Shown piece by piece: positions 57,297-64,000 of a stretch of DNA of 64,000 bases; position 1 is the first letter of the stretch; every line of letters begins with the position of its first letter. The DNA comes from an uncultured Clostridium sp. (lineage in GTDB: Bacteria > Bacillota > Clostridia > Christensenellales > CAG-138), in assembly GCA_964487565.1 (NCBI GenBank), contig CAZARN010000002.1:3867-67866 (forward strand). The letters run 5' to 3'. The position numbers and the translations under genes are program-made. Under the pieces are notes generated by a model that was given only the letters and a program-made list of their open reading frames with translations, did not search any database and was not told the DNA's origin.

Positions 57297-57906
57297 TGCA
57301 GGCTCCTTCTCTCACCCGTCCGCGCTTCGCCCGCCCGGCGACAACCTCCGCGAAATCCGAATAAGGCTTGATATATATCATTGACGCATGGTCGCTCGTG
57401 CAGACCGCTTCAAAGCCGTATTTTTCGGCGAATGCGCTCCCCTCTTCCGTTACGGTGTCCGCAACGATGAGCTCGCACCTTTCGGAATACGGTCTGTAAT
57501 ACTCCACCGCATGTGAGAGCAGCAGCTTTGTTATCCCTCGTCCCCTGTATGCCCGCGCGACGGCGATGCACGATAAAAACATATTGAGCCGCGCCGTGCC
57601 GTTTGAACGCACGTCAACGATATCTTCAGCCCGAAGTCCGCTGTCGTTGAACGCACCGCGTCTGAGCGCGTCAAACACCTCTTCGCGCACGGGGAACATG
57701 TTCACAAAACCTGCGATCCGTTCTTCGTCCTTCGCCGCGAACACGGTATAAGGGAAACGGCGATACCATTCCAGCGCCTCGCGCTGAGGCGTTATGTATT
57801 CTTCGGAATAGTATTGCCTTTCAAGCCGGAACATGGCGGCAAAATCCGCTTCGCACAGGTTTTCGGCGATCTTCACGCCGTATGAGGACGTCGTAGTTTC
57901 CGTCAT
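57286..57906 (-). CDS. GNAT family N-acetyltransferase
   Basis: Start trimmed to ATG 57906 (MTETTTSSYG), after GAGGAG. Acetyl-CoA binding motif VARAYRGRGITKLLL. The 3' end overlaps the ANT(6) remnant by 11 nt. Confidence 0.8.
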   Translation of the reverse strand: MTETTTSSYGVKIAENLCEADFAAMFRLERQYYSEEYITPQREALEWYRRFPYTVFAAKDEERIAGFVNMFPVREEVFDALRRGAFNDSGLRAEDIVDVRSNGTARLNMFLSCIAVARAYRGRGITKLLLSHAVEYYRPYSERCELIVADTVTEEGSAFAEKYGFEAVCTSDHASMIYIKPYSDFAEVVAGRAKRGRVREGACNAR

Positions 57907-58073
57907 ATGCACACTCCTCTGGATATTCTGACGTATCAATGGATTATACCATTCAAGCCTTCACGCATCAAGACGTGCCGCATAGGCCGGCGCGGGCGCG
58001 CTTGTGCGCCCGCGCGGAAGCATAGCAAAAGAGGATGAGGGCAAAGCGCTCATCCTCTTTTATATTATTAAGC

Positions 58074-58484
58074 TTAAATTATATACTGCTTGATGAAATC
58101 CGGCGCATTGGCGGCGCTGCCGGTGATGCTGATGTATATTTTGATATCACAGCGTTTTGAAAACGCATCCATCTCGGCAAACAACTCCTCAAGGGTGTCG
58201 AGCGGATGGCGGACAATCTTCAGGAAGCCGTCGATAAACATGTATTCGAGATCAAAATCCTGTGCGGCAATGCCCGAAACGAAACCGAAGAACATCTTGG
58301 GCGTATCGATATGATACTCGGACGCATCAATGAACCTGATGCTGTGTTTGAGATCGAACATATACTGGTTGTCGTCATCGATGAACACCATGCTCCCTTT
58401 GGCCGTTATGTTGGTTTCGTTGGCGATATCGATGATGCGTTTGGTTTTGCCGGCGCCTTTTTCGCCGAAGATTACACTTATCAA
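58074..58484 (-). CDS. Small P-loop NTPase-like protein, function unknown
   Basis: 136 aa. Walker A GEKGAGKT at residues 7-14 and a Walker-B-like MVFIDDD. No further recognisable domain. Confidence 0.6.
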   Translation of the reverse strand: MISVIFGEKGAGKTKRIIDIANETNITAKGSMVFIDDDNQYMFDLKHSIRFIDASEYHIDTPKMFFGFVSGIAAQDFDLEYMFIDGFLKIVRHPLDTLEELFAEMDAFSKRCDIKIYISITGSAANAPDFIKQYII

Positions 58485-58645
58485 GATTTGCCTCCCTCCG
58501 CGCGTTGCGCTGTATGATGTTCTGTAATTACATTATAGCCTCATTCCACACGTTTGAGCAATGGCAAAATACAAATATTCTATGGCAAGCCTGCGGCGCG
58601 CGTGTTATAATTGTCGCCATGAGCAAGGAAAAGGGAACGAAGGAT

Positions 58646-59428
58646 ATGAAACGTATTCTCGGCTGCATACGCCGCGCGGACGAGCGTTTCCGCATGATAC
58701 GCGACGGGGACAAGATCTGCGTCGGCGTTTCCGGCGGCAAGGACAGTCTGCTGCTTCTTTACGGGCTGAAGCTTTATCAGCGCTTCAGCTATACCAAATT
58801 CGATCTTTGCGGCGTGATGCTGGATCTCGGTCTCACCGATCAGGATCTTTCGCCCGTTGCAGAATTTGCAAAAAGCATAGACGTGCCGTTTGACATAATC
58901 AAAACCGACATAGGCGACGTGGTTTTCAACGTGCGCAAGGAAAGTCACCCCTGCGCGCTTTGCGCGAAGCTTCGCCGCGGCGCGCTTAACGACGCCGCCG
59001 TTGCGCGCGGCTGCAATCTTGTGGCGCTCGGCCACAACAGGGACGACGTGCTTGAAACGTTTTTCATGAGCCTTCTTTATGAAAGCCGGCTCAACACGTT
59101 CGGACCCGTCACATATCTCGGGCGAAAGGAAGTCACCGTCATACGCCCGCTCGTGTTCCTTCCGGAGAAATATGCCCTTTCGGTGGCCAAAAAGCTTGAG
59201 CTTCCGATACGAAAGCCAAATTGTCCCGTCGCAGGGCAAACCAAGCGCGAAGAGATGAAGGACGTCATACGCTATTTCACGACCCTCATGCCCGACGCCG
59301 AGGAACGCATCATGAACGCGATTGCCGATACTGAAAAATACGGTATGTGGGACAGACTGCGTCTCCCACCGCGCGACCTTGACCCGGCCGCAGCCCAAAA
59401 CGAAAGAGATGAAAATGAAAATGGATGA
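58646..59428 (+). CDS. PP-loop ATPase, tRNA 2-thiocytidine biosynthesis TtcA-like
   Basis: SGGKDS PP-loop and the CALCAKLRRG CxxC motif. Start uncertain (ATG 58619 or 58646). A TGTTATAAT extended -10 at 58603-58611 sits just upstream. Confidence 0.8.
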   Translation: MKRILGCIRRADERFRMIRDGDKICVGVSGGKDSLLLLYGLKLYQRFSYTKFDLCGVMLDLGLTDQDLSPVAEFAKSIDVPFDIIKTDIGDVVFNVRKESHPCALCAKLRRGALNDAAVARGCNLVALGHNRDDVLETFFMSLLYESRLNTFGPVTYLGRKEVTVIRPLVFLPEKYALSVAKKLELPIRKPNCPVAGQTKREEMKDVIRYFTTLMPDAEERIMNAIADTEKYGMWDRLRLPPRDLDPAAAQNERDENENG

Positions 59429-59717
59429 AAAAACGCTTTTTTTGATCCTCGCAGGATGGATACTTCTGATGAGCATTATACTGTTTTGCATGATGGGCGC
59501 CGACAAGCGCCGCGCGCAAAACGACAAGTGGCGCATCAAGGAGCGCACGCTGTTCATCACGGCATTTTTGGGCGGCGGCCTTGGCGGCGTGCTTGGCATG
59601 CAGATCTTCAGGCATAAAACAAAGCATACCTCATTCATGATAGGTATGCCTTTGCTGCTTTTATGGAACATTGCGGCAGCGTTTGCTATAATGCACTTTT
59701 TCGGTCAAGCCAGCTGA
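59409..59717 (+). CDS. DUF1294 family membrane protein
   Basis: DKRRAQNDKWRIKERTLFITAFLGGGLGGVLGMQIFRHKTKH matches the DUF1294 core. The start (one of three ATGs at 59409-59421) overlaps the ttcA-like 3' end. Confidence 0.75.
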   Translation: MKMKMDEKTLFLILAGWILLMSIILFCMMGADKRRAQNDKWRIKERTLFITAFLGGGLGGVLGMQIFRHKTKHTSFMIGMPLLLLWNIAAAFAIMHFFGQAS

Positions 59718-60220
59718 TCGGCTCCGCCTATCGTATTATAGATCTCGTTTTCGACCTCGCCAACGGGGATCTCAAGCGCCAGGGCAAGCTCGCCGTAAAG
59801 CAGCTCCTTTGCGCGCTTGAAGTATCTGTCATCCGTCTGACCGTAACCGTGCCCGGCGACTGCGGCTTCCTCGCGCTTGGTGTAAAGCATCCTCACAAGC
59901 TGCAGAAGATTTGTGCAGTCATAGGTCTGAAGATATGATTTATACTCGGCGGCGGCCTGCTTTGCGGCAACGCCCCGCTCAAAATCGTTGGGCATGTCAG
60001 GTATGCTCTTGATGAGCGTCATGGCTTCCTGTTTGGTCAGCATCGGCCGCATAAGCACAGGCGCATCCGTGGGCACATATATCACGCCCGTATGATACAC
60101 GGGTGAAAGCGTATAATAAGTCCTGCTTTGATCCATATACTTGATCTCGGACCGCCCCACCGCCTTGACGCGGCAAACGCCCTCTCCCCCGTAAACTATA
60201 AGATCGCCTTCGCTGAACAT
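59705..60220 (-). CDS. carD: CarD/CdnL family transcriptional regulator
   Basis: MFSEGDLIVYGGEGVCRVKAV...YYTLSPVY...VIYVPTD, the CarD_CdnL_TRCF N-terminal domain. Confidence 0.85.
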   Translation of the reverse strand: MFSEGDLIVYGGEGVCRVKAVGRSEIKYMDQSRTYYTLSPVYHTGVIYVPTDAPVLMRPMLTKQEAMTLIKSIPDMPNDFERGVAAKQAAAEYKSYLQTYDCTNLLQLVRMLYTKREEAAVAGHGYGQTDDRYFKRAKELLYGELALALEIPVGEVENEIYNTIGGADQLA

Positions 60221-60404
60221 CCGATGAACCTCCTGAGCACAAAGTAACGCGCGGCCGGCAACTGGACTTACGTTCCGCCGGAACCACGCGCTGCGAATAT
60301 ATTATATCATATTTTTTATGCCGAAGTAAGTACCGGCAGTTTTTTCAGGCGTTGCAAAAAAAGAACCCTGCGATAAGCAGGGTTCTCTTGTTCATATTCC
60401 GGAA

Positions 60405-60830
60405 TTATTTGCCTTCGTCATCATCGTCGAATTCAGGAACGATGGGCTTGTTGCAATTCGGGCAGATGAGAGGCTCATCGCCTTCAAGCATGGTCTGATC
60501 GAAATAGACCGTTTCGCCGCAATACGGGCACTCGATCTCAACAAAATCGTCGTCCTCGTCGTCGCAGCAGCACTCATCGTCATCGTCGTCTTCATCGTCA
60601 TCGCCGAGCAGTGCGTCAAGGCAATCGTCGATATCGGATATTTCGTCGCACATATCGTCTATGCACTCATCCATATCGATTATCGCTTCTTCGTTCTCAT
60701 CAACGGTGCCGGCCATCTCGTCAAGCGTTTCGATGATAAGATGGAAAAGCTTTGCGTATTTATCGTCGCCAAGCTCCATGCCATCGGCAACTCCGCGCAG
60801 ATAGGCCACTTTTTCTTTCGTGCAACCCAT
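60405..60830 (-). CDS. Acidic zinc-ribbon protein (CD1247-N-domain-like), function unknown
   Basis: 141 aa. Helical N-terminal domain, a poly-D/E tract containing CCC (DDDEDDDDDECCCDDEDDD), then CPYCG...CPNC zinc-ribbon cysteines. Lies immediately upstream of efp. Confidence 0.65.
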   Translation of the reverse strand: MGCTKEKVAYLRGVADGMELGDDKYAKLFHLIIETLDEMAGTVDENEEAIIDMDECIDDMCDEISDIDDCLDALLGDDDEDDDDDECCCDDEDDDFVEIECPYCGETVYFDQTMLEGDEPLICPNCNKPIVPEFDDDDEGK

Positions 60831-60866
60831 AATAAACCCTCCTAAACAACTATGGTTCAGTTTGCT

Positions 60867-61424
60867 TCAAACGCGCTCCATGTATTCGCCGGTACGGGTA
60901 TCCACACGGATCTTGTCGCCCTGATCAACAAAAAGAGGAACGTTGATCTTGTAACCGGTTTCAAGCGTTGCGGGCTTGGTGGTACCGGTCGCAGTATCGC
61001 CGCGGAAACCGGGTTCTGTTTCAGTCACCGTCAGCTCAACAAAATTCGGCGCTTCAACGGAGAACGCCGCGCCCTTATAGAAGCGGATGTTGACGTTCGT
61101 GTTCTCAACGATAAAGTCGATCGCGTCCTCAACCTGCTCATGGTTGAGCGGGAGCTGCTCGAAGGTCTCGGTGTCCATGAAGTAATACAGTTCGCCGTCG
61201 TTATAAAGATACTGCATCTCCTTGGTTTCGATATGCGCCCTCGGATATTTGTCGGTGGGGCTGAAGGTGCGCTCCAGCACCGCTCCGGTCATCACGTTCT
61301 TGAGCCTTGTGCGGACGAAAGCTGCGCCTTTGCCGGGCTTGACGTGCTGGAAATCCGCGATGGTCCAAACCTGACCGTCTATTTCCACTGTAACGCCCTT
61401 CCTGAAATCACCGGCCATCAGCAT
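60867..61424 (-). CDS. efp: Elongation factor P
   Basis: [20 protein letters not shown]...[16 protein letters not shown] with the conserved modified-lysine loop. 185 aa. Confidence 0.95.
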   Translation of the reverse strand: MLMAGDFRKGVTVEIDGQVWTIADFQHVKPGKGAAFVRTRLKNVMTGAVLERTFSPTDKYPRAHIETKEMQYLYNDGELYYFMDTETFEQLPLNHEQVEDAIDFIVENTNVNIRFYKGAAFSVEAPNFVELTVTETEPGFRGDTATGTTKPATLETGYKINVPLFVDQGDKIRVDTRTGEYMERV

Positions 61425-61556
61425 AAGTAAAATACCTCCAAAAAAGTGTGTATATGTGTTTCACCCGGAGCTTGTCCGGTGGGATACAGAATACCGTTTA
61501 TTATAATACCACAGCGCGCGAGGCCATAACAAGCCCTTAATTGGCCTTTTGGGCCA

Positions 61557-62759
61557 TTATGCAGCCGTTTTTCCCCTTTTTTGTCCTTTTACAAGCTCTA
61601 TCTCCCCCGCCTTGGTCAGGGCGATCTTGGTTATCACGGGGCCGATAAGCTCATATATCAGCGTCGCGCAAAGCACGACCGTGTTTATCTGCGCCGCGTA
61701 TTTGGGAAGCTCCGCCGCGCACATCTGCGCCATGCCTATCGCAACGCCCGCCTGGGGCAAAAGCGCGAAGCCCAGATATTTTCGCACGTTCGGATCCGCC
61801 TTCACGGCAAGTGAACCGACATATGTGCCGGCGTATTTGCCGAAACTGCGCACGAGGATATACACCACGCCGAGAATGCCCACGGAAGGTATCGCAGCGA
61901 TATCAAGCTCCGCGCCCGATATGACGAAGAACAGCATGAACAGCGGCGGCGTCCAGCGCTCGCAGCCCTCAAGTATGCTGTCGCTGTCCTCGCGCAGGTT
62001 GCTTACAATCGCGCCGATCGCCATGCACAGCAGCAGCGAGGAAAGTCCCCACATATCCGCGAGGCCAACGCCCAGGAGCACGCCCATTATGCTTATGCAA
62101 AGGAAGTTATCCTTCGAATGGAAAAAGCGCATGGCAACGCAAAGCACGACGCCTATCGCGCAGCCCAGCGCAAGCGAAAGGAATATCTCAAGCATAGGCT
62201 CGAAAAGCATCGTGCGCACGCTCATCTCACCGCCGTCGCTCATTATCCTTGCAAGGGAAACGGACACGGCAAACACAATAAGACCGACCGCGTCATCCAT
62301 TGCAACAACGGGCAGCAGCGTCTGTGTGACGGGGCCCTTCGCCTTATACTGACGCACGACCATGAGGGTCGCCGCAGGCGCTGTTGCAGCCGCGATCGCG
62401 CCGAGGGTCAGCGCAAGCGGCAGATCGAACCCGCAGGCCCATACCACGACGTCGACGAGCACGACGGCTGTAAGCGCCTGAAAGAGCGTTATGGTGATCG
62501 ACTTCGTGCCGATCGCTTTTATCGTTGAAAGCTTGAACTCGCCGCCGATCGAATACGCGATGAAGCCCAGCGCGATATCCACGAACGGCGAAAGGGAAAC
62601 CGCGCCGTCACGCGAGATAAGTCCGAAAACCGACGGGCCTATAAGCAGACCGGCAATCAAATACCCCGTCACGTTTGGCAGCGAGACGAGTTTTGCAAGT
62701 CTGTTGAACAGCAAACCGGCCGCCATGGCGGCCGCTATATAAAGTACGGTGAGTGTCAT
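61557..62759 (-). CDS. Cation:proton antiporter (CPA2 / Na+/H+ exchanger family), no RCK domain
   Basis: 400 aa, ~12 TM. N-terminal LPNVTGYLIAGLLIGPS motif typical of CPA2. Confidence 0.85.
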   Translation of the reverse strand: MTLTVLYIAAAMAAGLLFNRLAKLVSLPNVTGYLIAGLLIGPSVFGLISRDGAVSLSPFVDIALGFIAYSIGGEFKLSTIKAIGTKSITITLFQALTAVVLVDVVVWACGFDLPLALTLGAIAAATAPAATLMVVRQYKAKGPVTQTLLPVVAMDDAVGLIVFAVSVSLARIMSDGGEMSVRTMLFEPMLEIFLSLALGCAIGVVLCVAMRFFHSKDNFLCISIMGVLLGVGLADMWGLSSLLLCMAIGAIVSNLREDSDSILEGCERWTPPLFMLFFVISGAELDIAAIPSVGILGVVYILVRSFGKYAGTYVGSLAVKADPNVRKYLGFALLPQAGVAIGMAQMCAAELPKYAAQINTVVLCATLIYELIGPVITKIALTKAGEIELVKGQKRGKTAA

Positions 62760-63112
62760 TTAACGTTATCCTTTGGTACGCCTTCCACGTTGTCCACAGG
62801 TACTTCAAAAAGAATACCCGTATTCGGTTGAGCAAGATCCGCCGACTGCCTGTGTATTATCTGCCTGATCTGCTCCATCCTCTCTTCGTCCCGCGCAACG
62901 ATCATGAGGAGCTTCACGCTTTCATTGCCGGGATTGACGAAATGTCTCAGCGAACCGAATATCGGCGGCGGTTCTATCGAGGATTCATTGAGCGATTTGA
63001 GCATTCCCATGCAGTCTATCACGGTTGCGCCGCTGATCTTTTCGCGCAAAAGCTCATGGAGTATCGGATTGATGCACTCTGTCTGCTTGGTGATGAATAT
63101 CAATAGCTTCAT
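62756..63112 (-). CDS. PII-like small signalling-fold protein, coupled to the antiporter
   Basis: 118 aa with the beta-alpha-beta x2 pattern of PII-like proteins (MKLLIFITKQ...ISGATVIDCMGM...KLLMIVARDEERMEQIRQII...GILFEVPVDNVEGV). Its stop overlaps the antiporter start. Confidence 0.55.
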   Translation of the reverse strand: MKLLIFITKQTECINPILHELLREKISGATVIDCMGMLKSLNESSIEPPPIFGSLRHFVNPGNESVKLLMIVARDEERMEQIRQIIHRQSADLAQPNTGILFEVPVDNVEGVPKDNVK

Positions 63113-63160
63113 ATTCCCTGCCTCCTCTGTTATTTCATCCTCCCGGATTCCAGCGATAGC

Positions 63161-63189
63161 ACAATACGCCGTATTTCACATTTTGTCAA
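63161..63189 (-). promoter_or_regulatory. sigma-A type promoter for the PII-like/antiporter pair
   Basis: The minus strand reads TTGACA (63189-63184), a 17-nt spacer, then TATTGT (63166-63161). It overlaps the 3' end of sigK. Confidence 0.5.
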
Positions 63190-63874
63190 GTAGCTGCGAA
63201 AGATGCAAGGATAACTTCTGCAGCGCCTTTTTTTCAATGCGGCTCACATAGCTTCTCGATATGCGAAGAAGCTGCGCGACTTCCCTTTGGGCGAGGCGTT
63301 TTCCGCCGTCAAGCCCGTATCTGAGCTTGATGACGGTCTTCTCTCTCCCTCCGAGCGTTTCCTCAACGGCGCGCGTCAGCCTGTCTGACGCGATGTTTTT
63401 CAACGCCTCGTCCGGCACGAGATCCTCATCGCTTCCCAGCACCTCGGAAAGCGATATGTCGTTTCCGTCCCCGTCCGAACCGATCGGTTCGGAGAGCGAT
63501 GTTTCAAGCGCGCGTTTTTTCTCGCTCCTCAGCGACATCAGTATCTCGTTGTCGATACAGCGGGAAGCGTATGTCGCAAGGGTGCTGCTTTTCTCCCTGT
63601 TATATGTCGACACGGCTTTGATGAGGCCGATCGTGCCGATGGAGATGAGGTCGTCCGCGTCCCGTCTCGGCGAAGCGTATTTTTTGGCTATGTGCGCGAC
63701 GAGGCGAAGATTGCGCTCTATAAGCTCGCCTCGCGCGGCGACGTCGCCCGCGAGCATCCGCTTGATAACCGCCGCTTCTTCATCAGCGCTGAGCGGCTCC
63801 GGGAAAGACCCCTCGCGCACATAGCCGGTGAAAAAGAACATCCTGGCGATGAGCGCCGCAATAATATCCAGCAT
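63176..63874 (-). CDS. sigK: Sporulation sigma factor SigK (pro-sigma-K, uninterrupted)
   Basis: N-terminal pro-sequence followed by YVREGSFPEPLSADEE (SigK-type, compare B. subtilis YVKNNAFPQPLSSSEE). ERNLRLVAHIAKKY, DLISIGTIGLIKAV and ISRSYVSRIEKKAL blocks present. No intervening element. Confidence 0.85.
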   Translation of the reverse strand: MLDIIAALIARMFFFTGYVREGSFPEPLSADEEAAVIKRMLAGDVAARGELIERNLRLVAHIAKKYASPRRDADDLISIGTIGLIKAVSTYNREKSSTLATYASRCIDNEILMSLRSEKKRALETSLSEPIGSDGDGNDISLSEVLGSDEDLVPDEALKNIASDRLTRAVEETLGGREKTVIKLRYGLDGGKRLAQREVAQLLRISRSYVSRIEKKALQKLSLHLSQLLDKM

Positions 63875-64000
63875 ATCCCGCCTCCCATTTGATCAGGTGA
63901 TTCAGAATATGCCTCAAATCGTCAAAACTTGACTGCCTGTTTGAATTTCCTTCTCGCGTCCGGAGACGTTTTTTGTCCTTCAGCCGTTATACGCCCCGTA

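Noticed and set aside
58580-59671. 363-aa minus-strand ORF opposite the ttcA-like and DUF1294 genes
   Set aside because: Antisense to genes with a PP-loop/CxxC and a DUF1294 core. No motifs of its own.
63904-63911. Mother-cell (sigma-E/sigma-K type) promoter upstream of sigK
   Set aside because: A CATATTCT -10-like element is present on the minus strand. The -35 match is poor and the window ends 126 nt upstream, so the support is too weak for a feature call.

Overview
GC-rich chromosomal segment that looks like a spore-forming Clostridia genome (pro-sigma-K, Prp-processed L27, T-box, DegV, ECF S-component). Most of it is densely packed housekeeping and metabolic DNA. I see no CRISPR array, integrase, transposase, toxin-antitoxin pair or recognisable defence system. 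Many long ORFs in the track are antisense artefacts of GC-rich coding DNA. Left to right: rpoC (partial) and rpoB. An ~11 kb co-directional minus-strand array follows: M42 peptidase, nagA, S58/DmpA peptidase, transglutaminase-like protein, DAP-decarboxylase family, D-Cys-desulfhydrase family, Asp/Glu racemase, cobT-cobU-cobS, mini-cobU, cobC. Then a MATE pump and a MurNAc/GlcNAc recycling operon (DUF5131-murQ-nagZ-kinase-CatA-like). Next come a Trp T-box with an orphan trpB2, a polysaccharide deacetylase, an HD protein, glgP, marR, patB-ansA, MFS, araC and degV. A tRNA-Asn is followed by two extra copies of its 3' end. After that: flavoprotein, M20 peptidase, D-Ala-D-Ala dipeptidase, DUF819 and rplU-prp-rpmA. 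Then a NitT/TauT-type ABC importer with a Crp/Fnr regulator, and a MacB-type ABC operon with an embedded 595-aa surface protein. The right end holds GS type III, gdhA, coaW with an ECF S-component, vanW, a uracil permease with an attenuator leader, def, GNAT, a mini P-loop protein, ttcA-like, DUF1294, carD, an acidic Zn-ribbon protein, efp, a PII-like protein with a CPA2 antiporter, and sigK. The most interesting items: (1) stacked tRNA-Asn att-like scars with GGCAACTT iterons; (2) the MacB-type ABC system with a signal-peptide/C-terminal-anchor multi-domain protein in the adaptor position; (3) the peptidase/D-amino-acid/amino-sugar array fused to cobalamin lower-ligand genes with no visible B12 riboswitch; (4) an internally deleted CobU paralog; (5) a 59-codon ANT(6) remnant missing from the ORF track; (6) a leader mini-ORF ending at a terminator ahead of the uracil permease. 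None is demonstrably a new system from sequence alone, so the interest scores are moderate.
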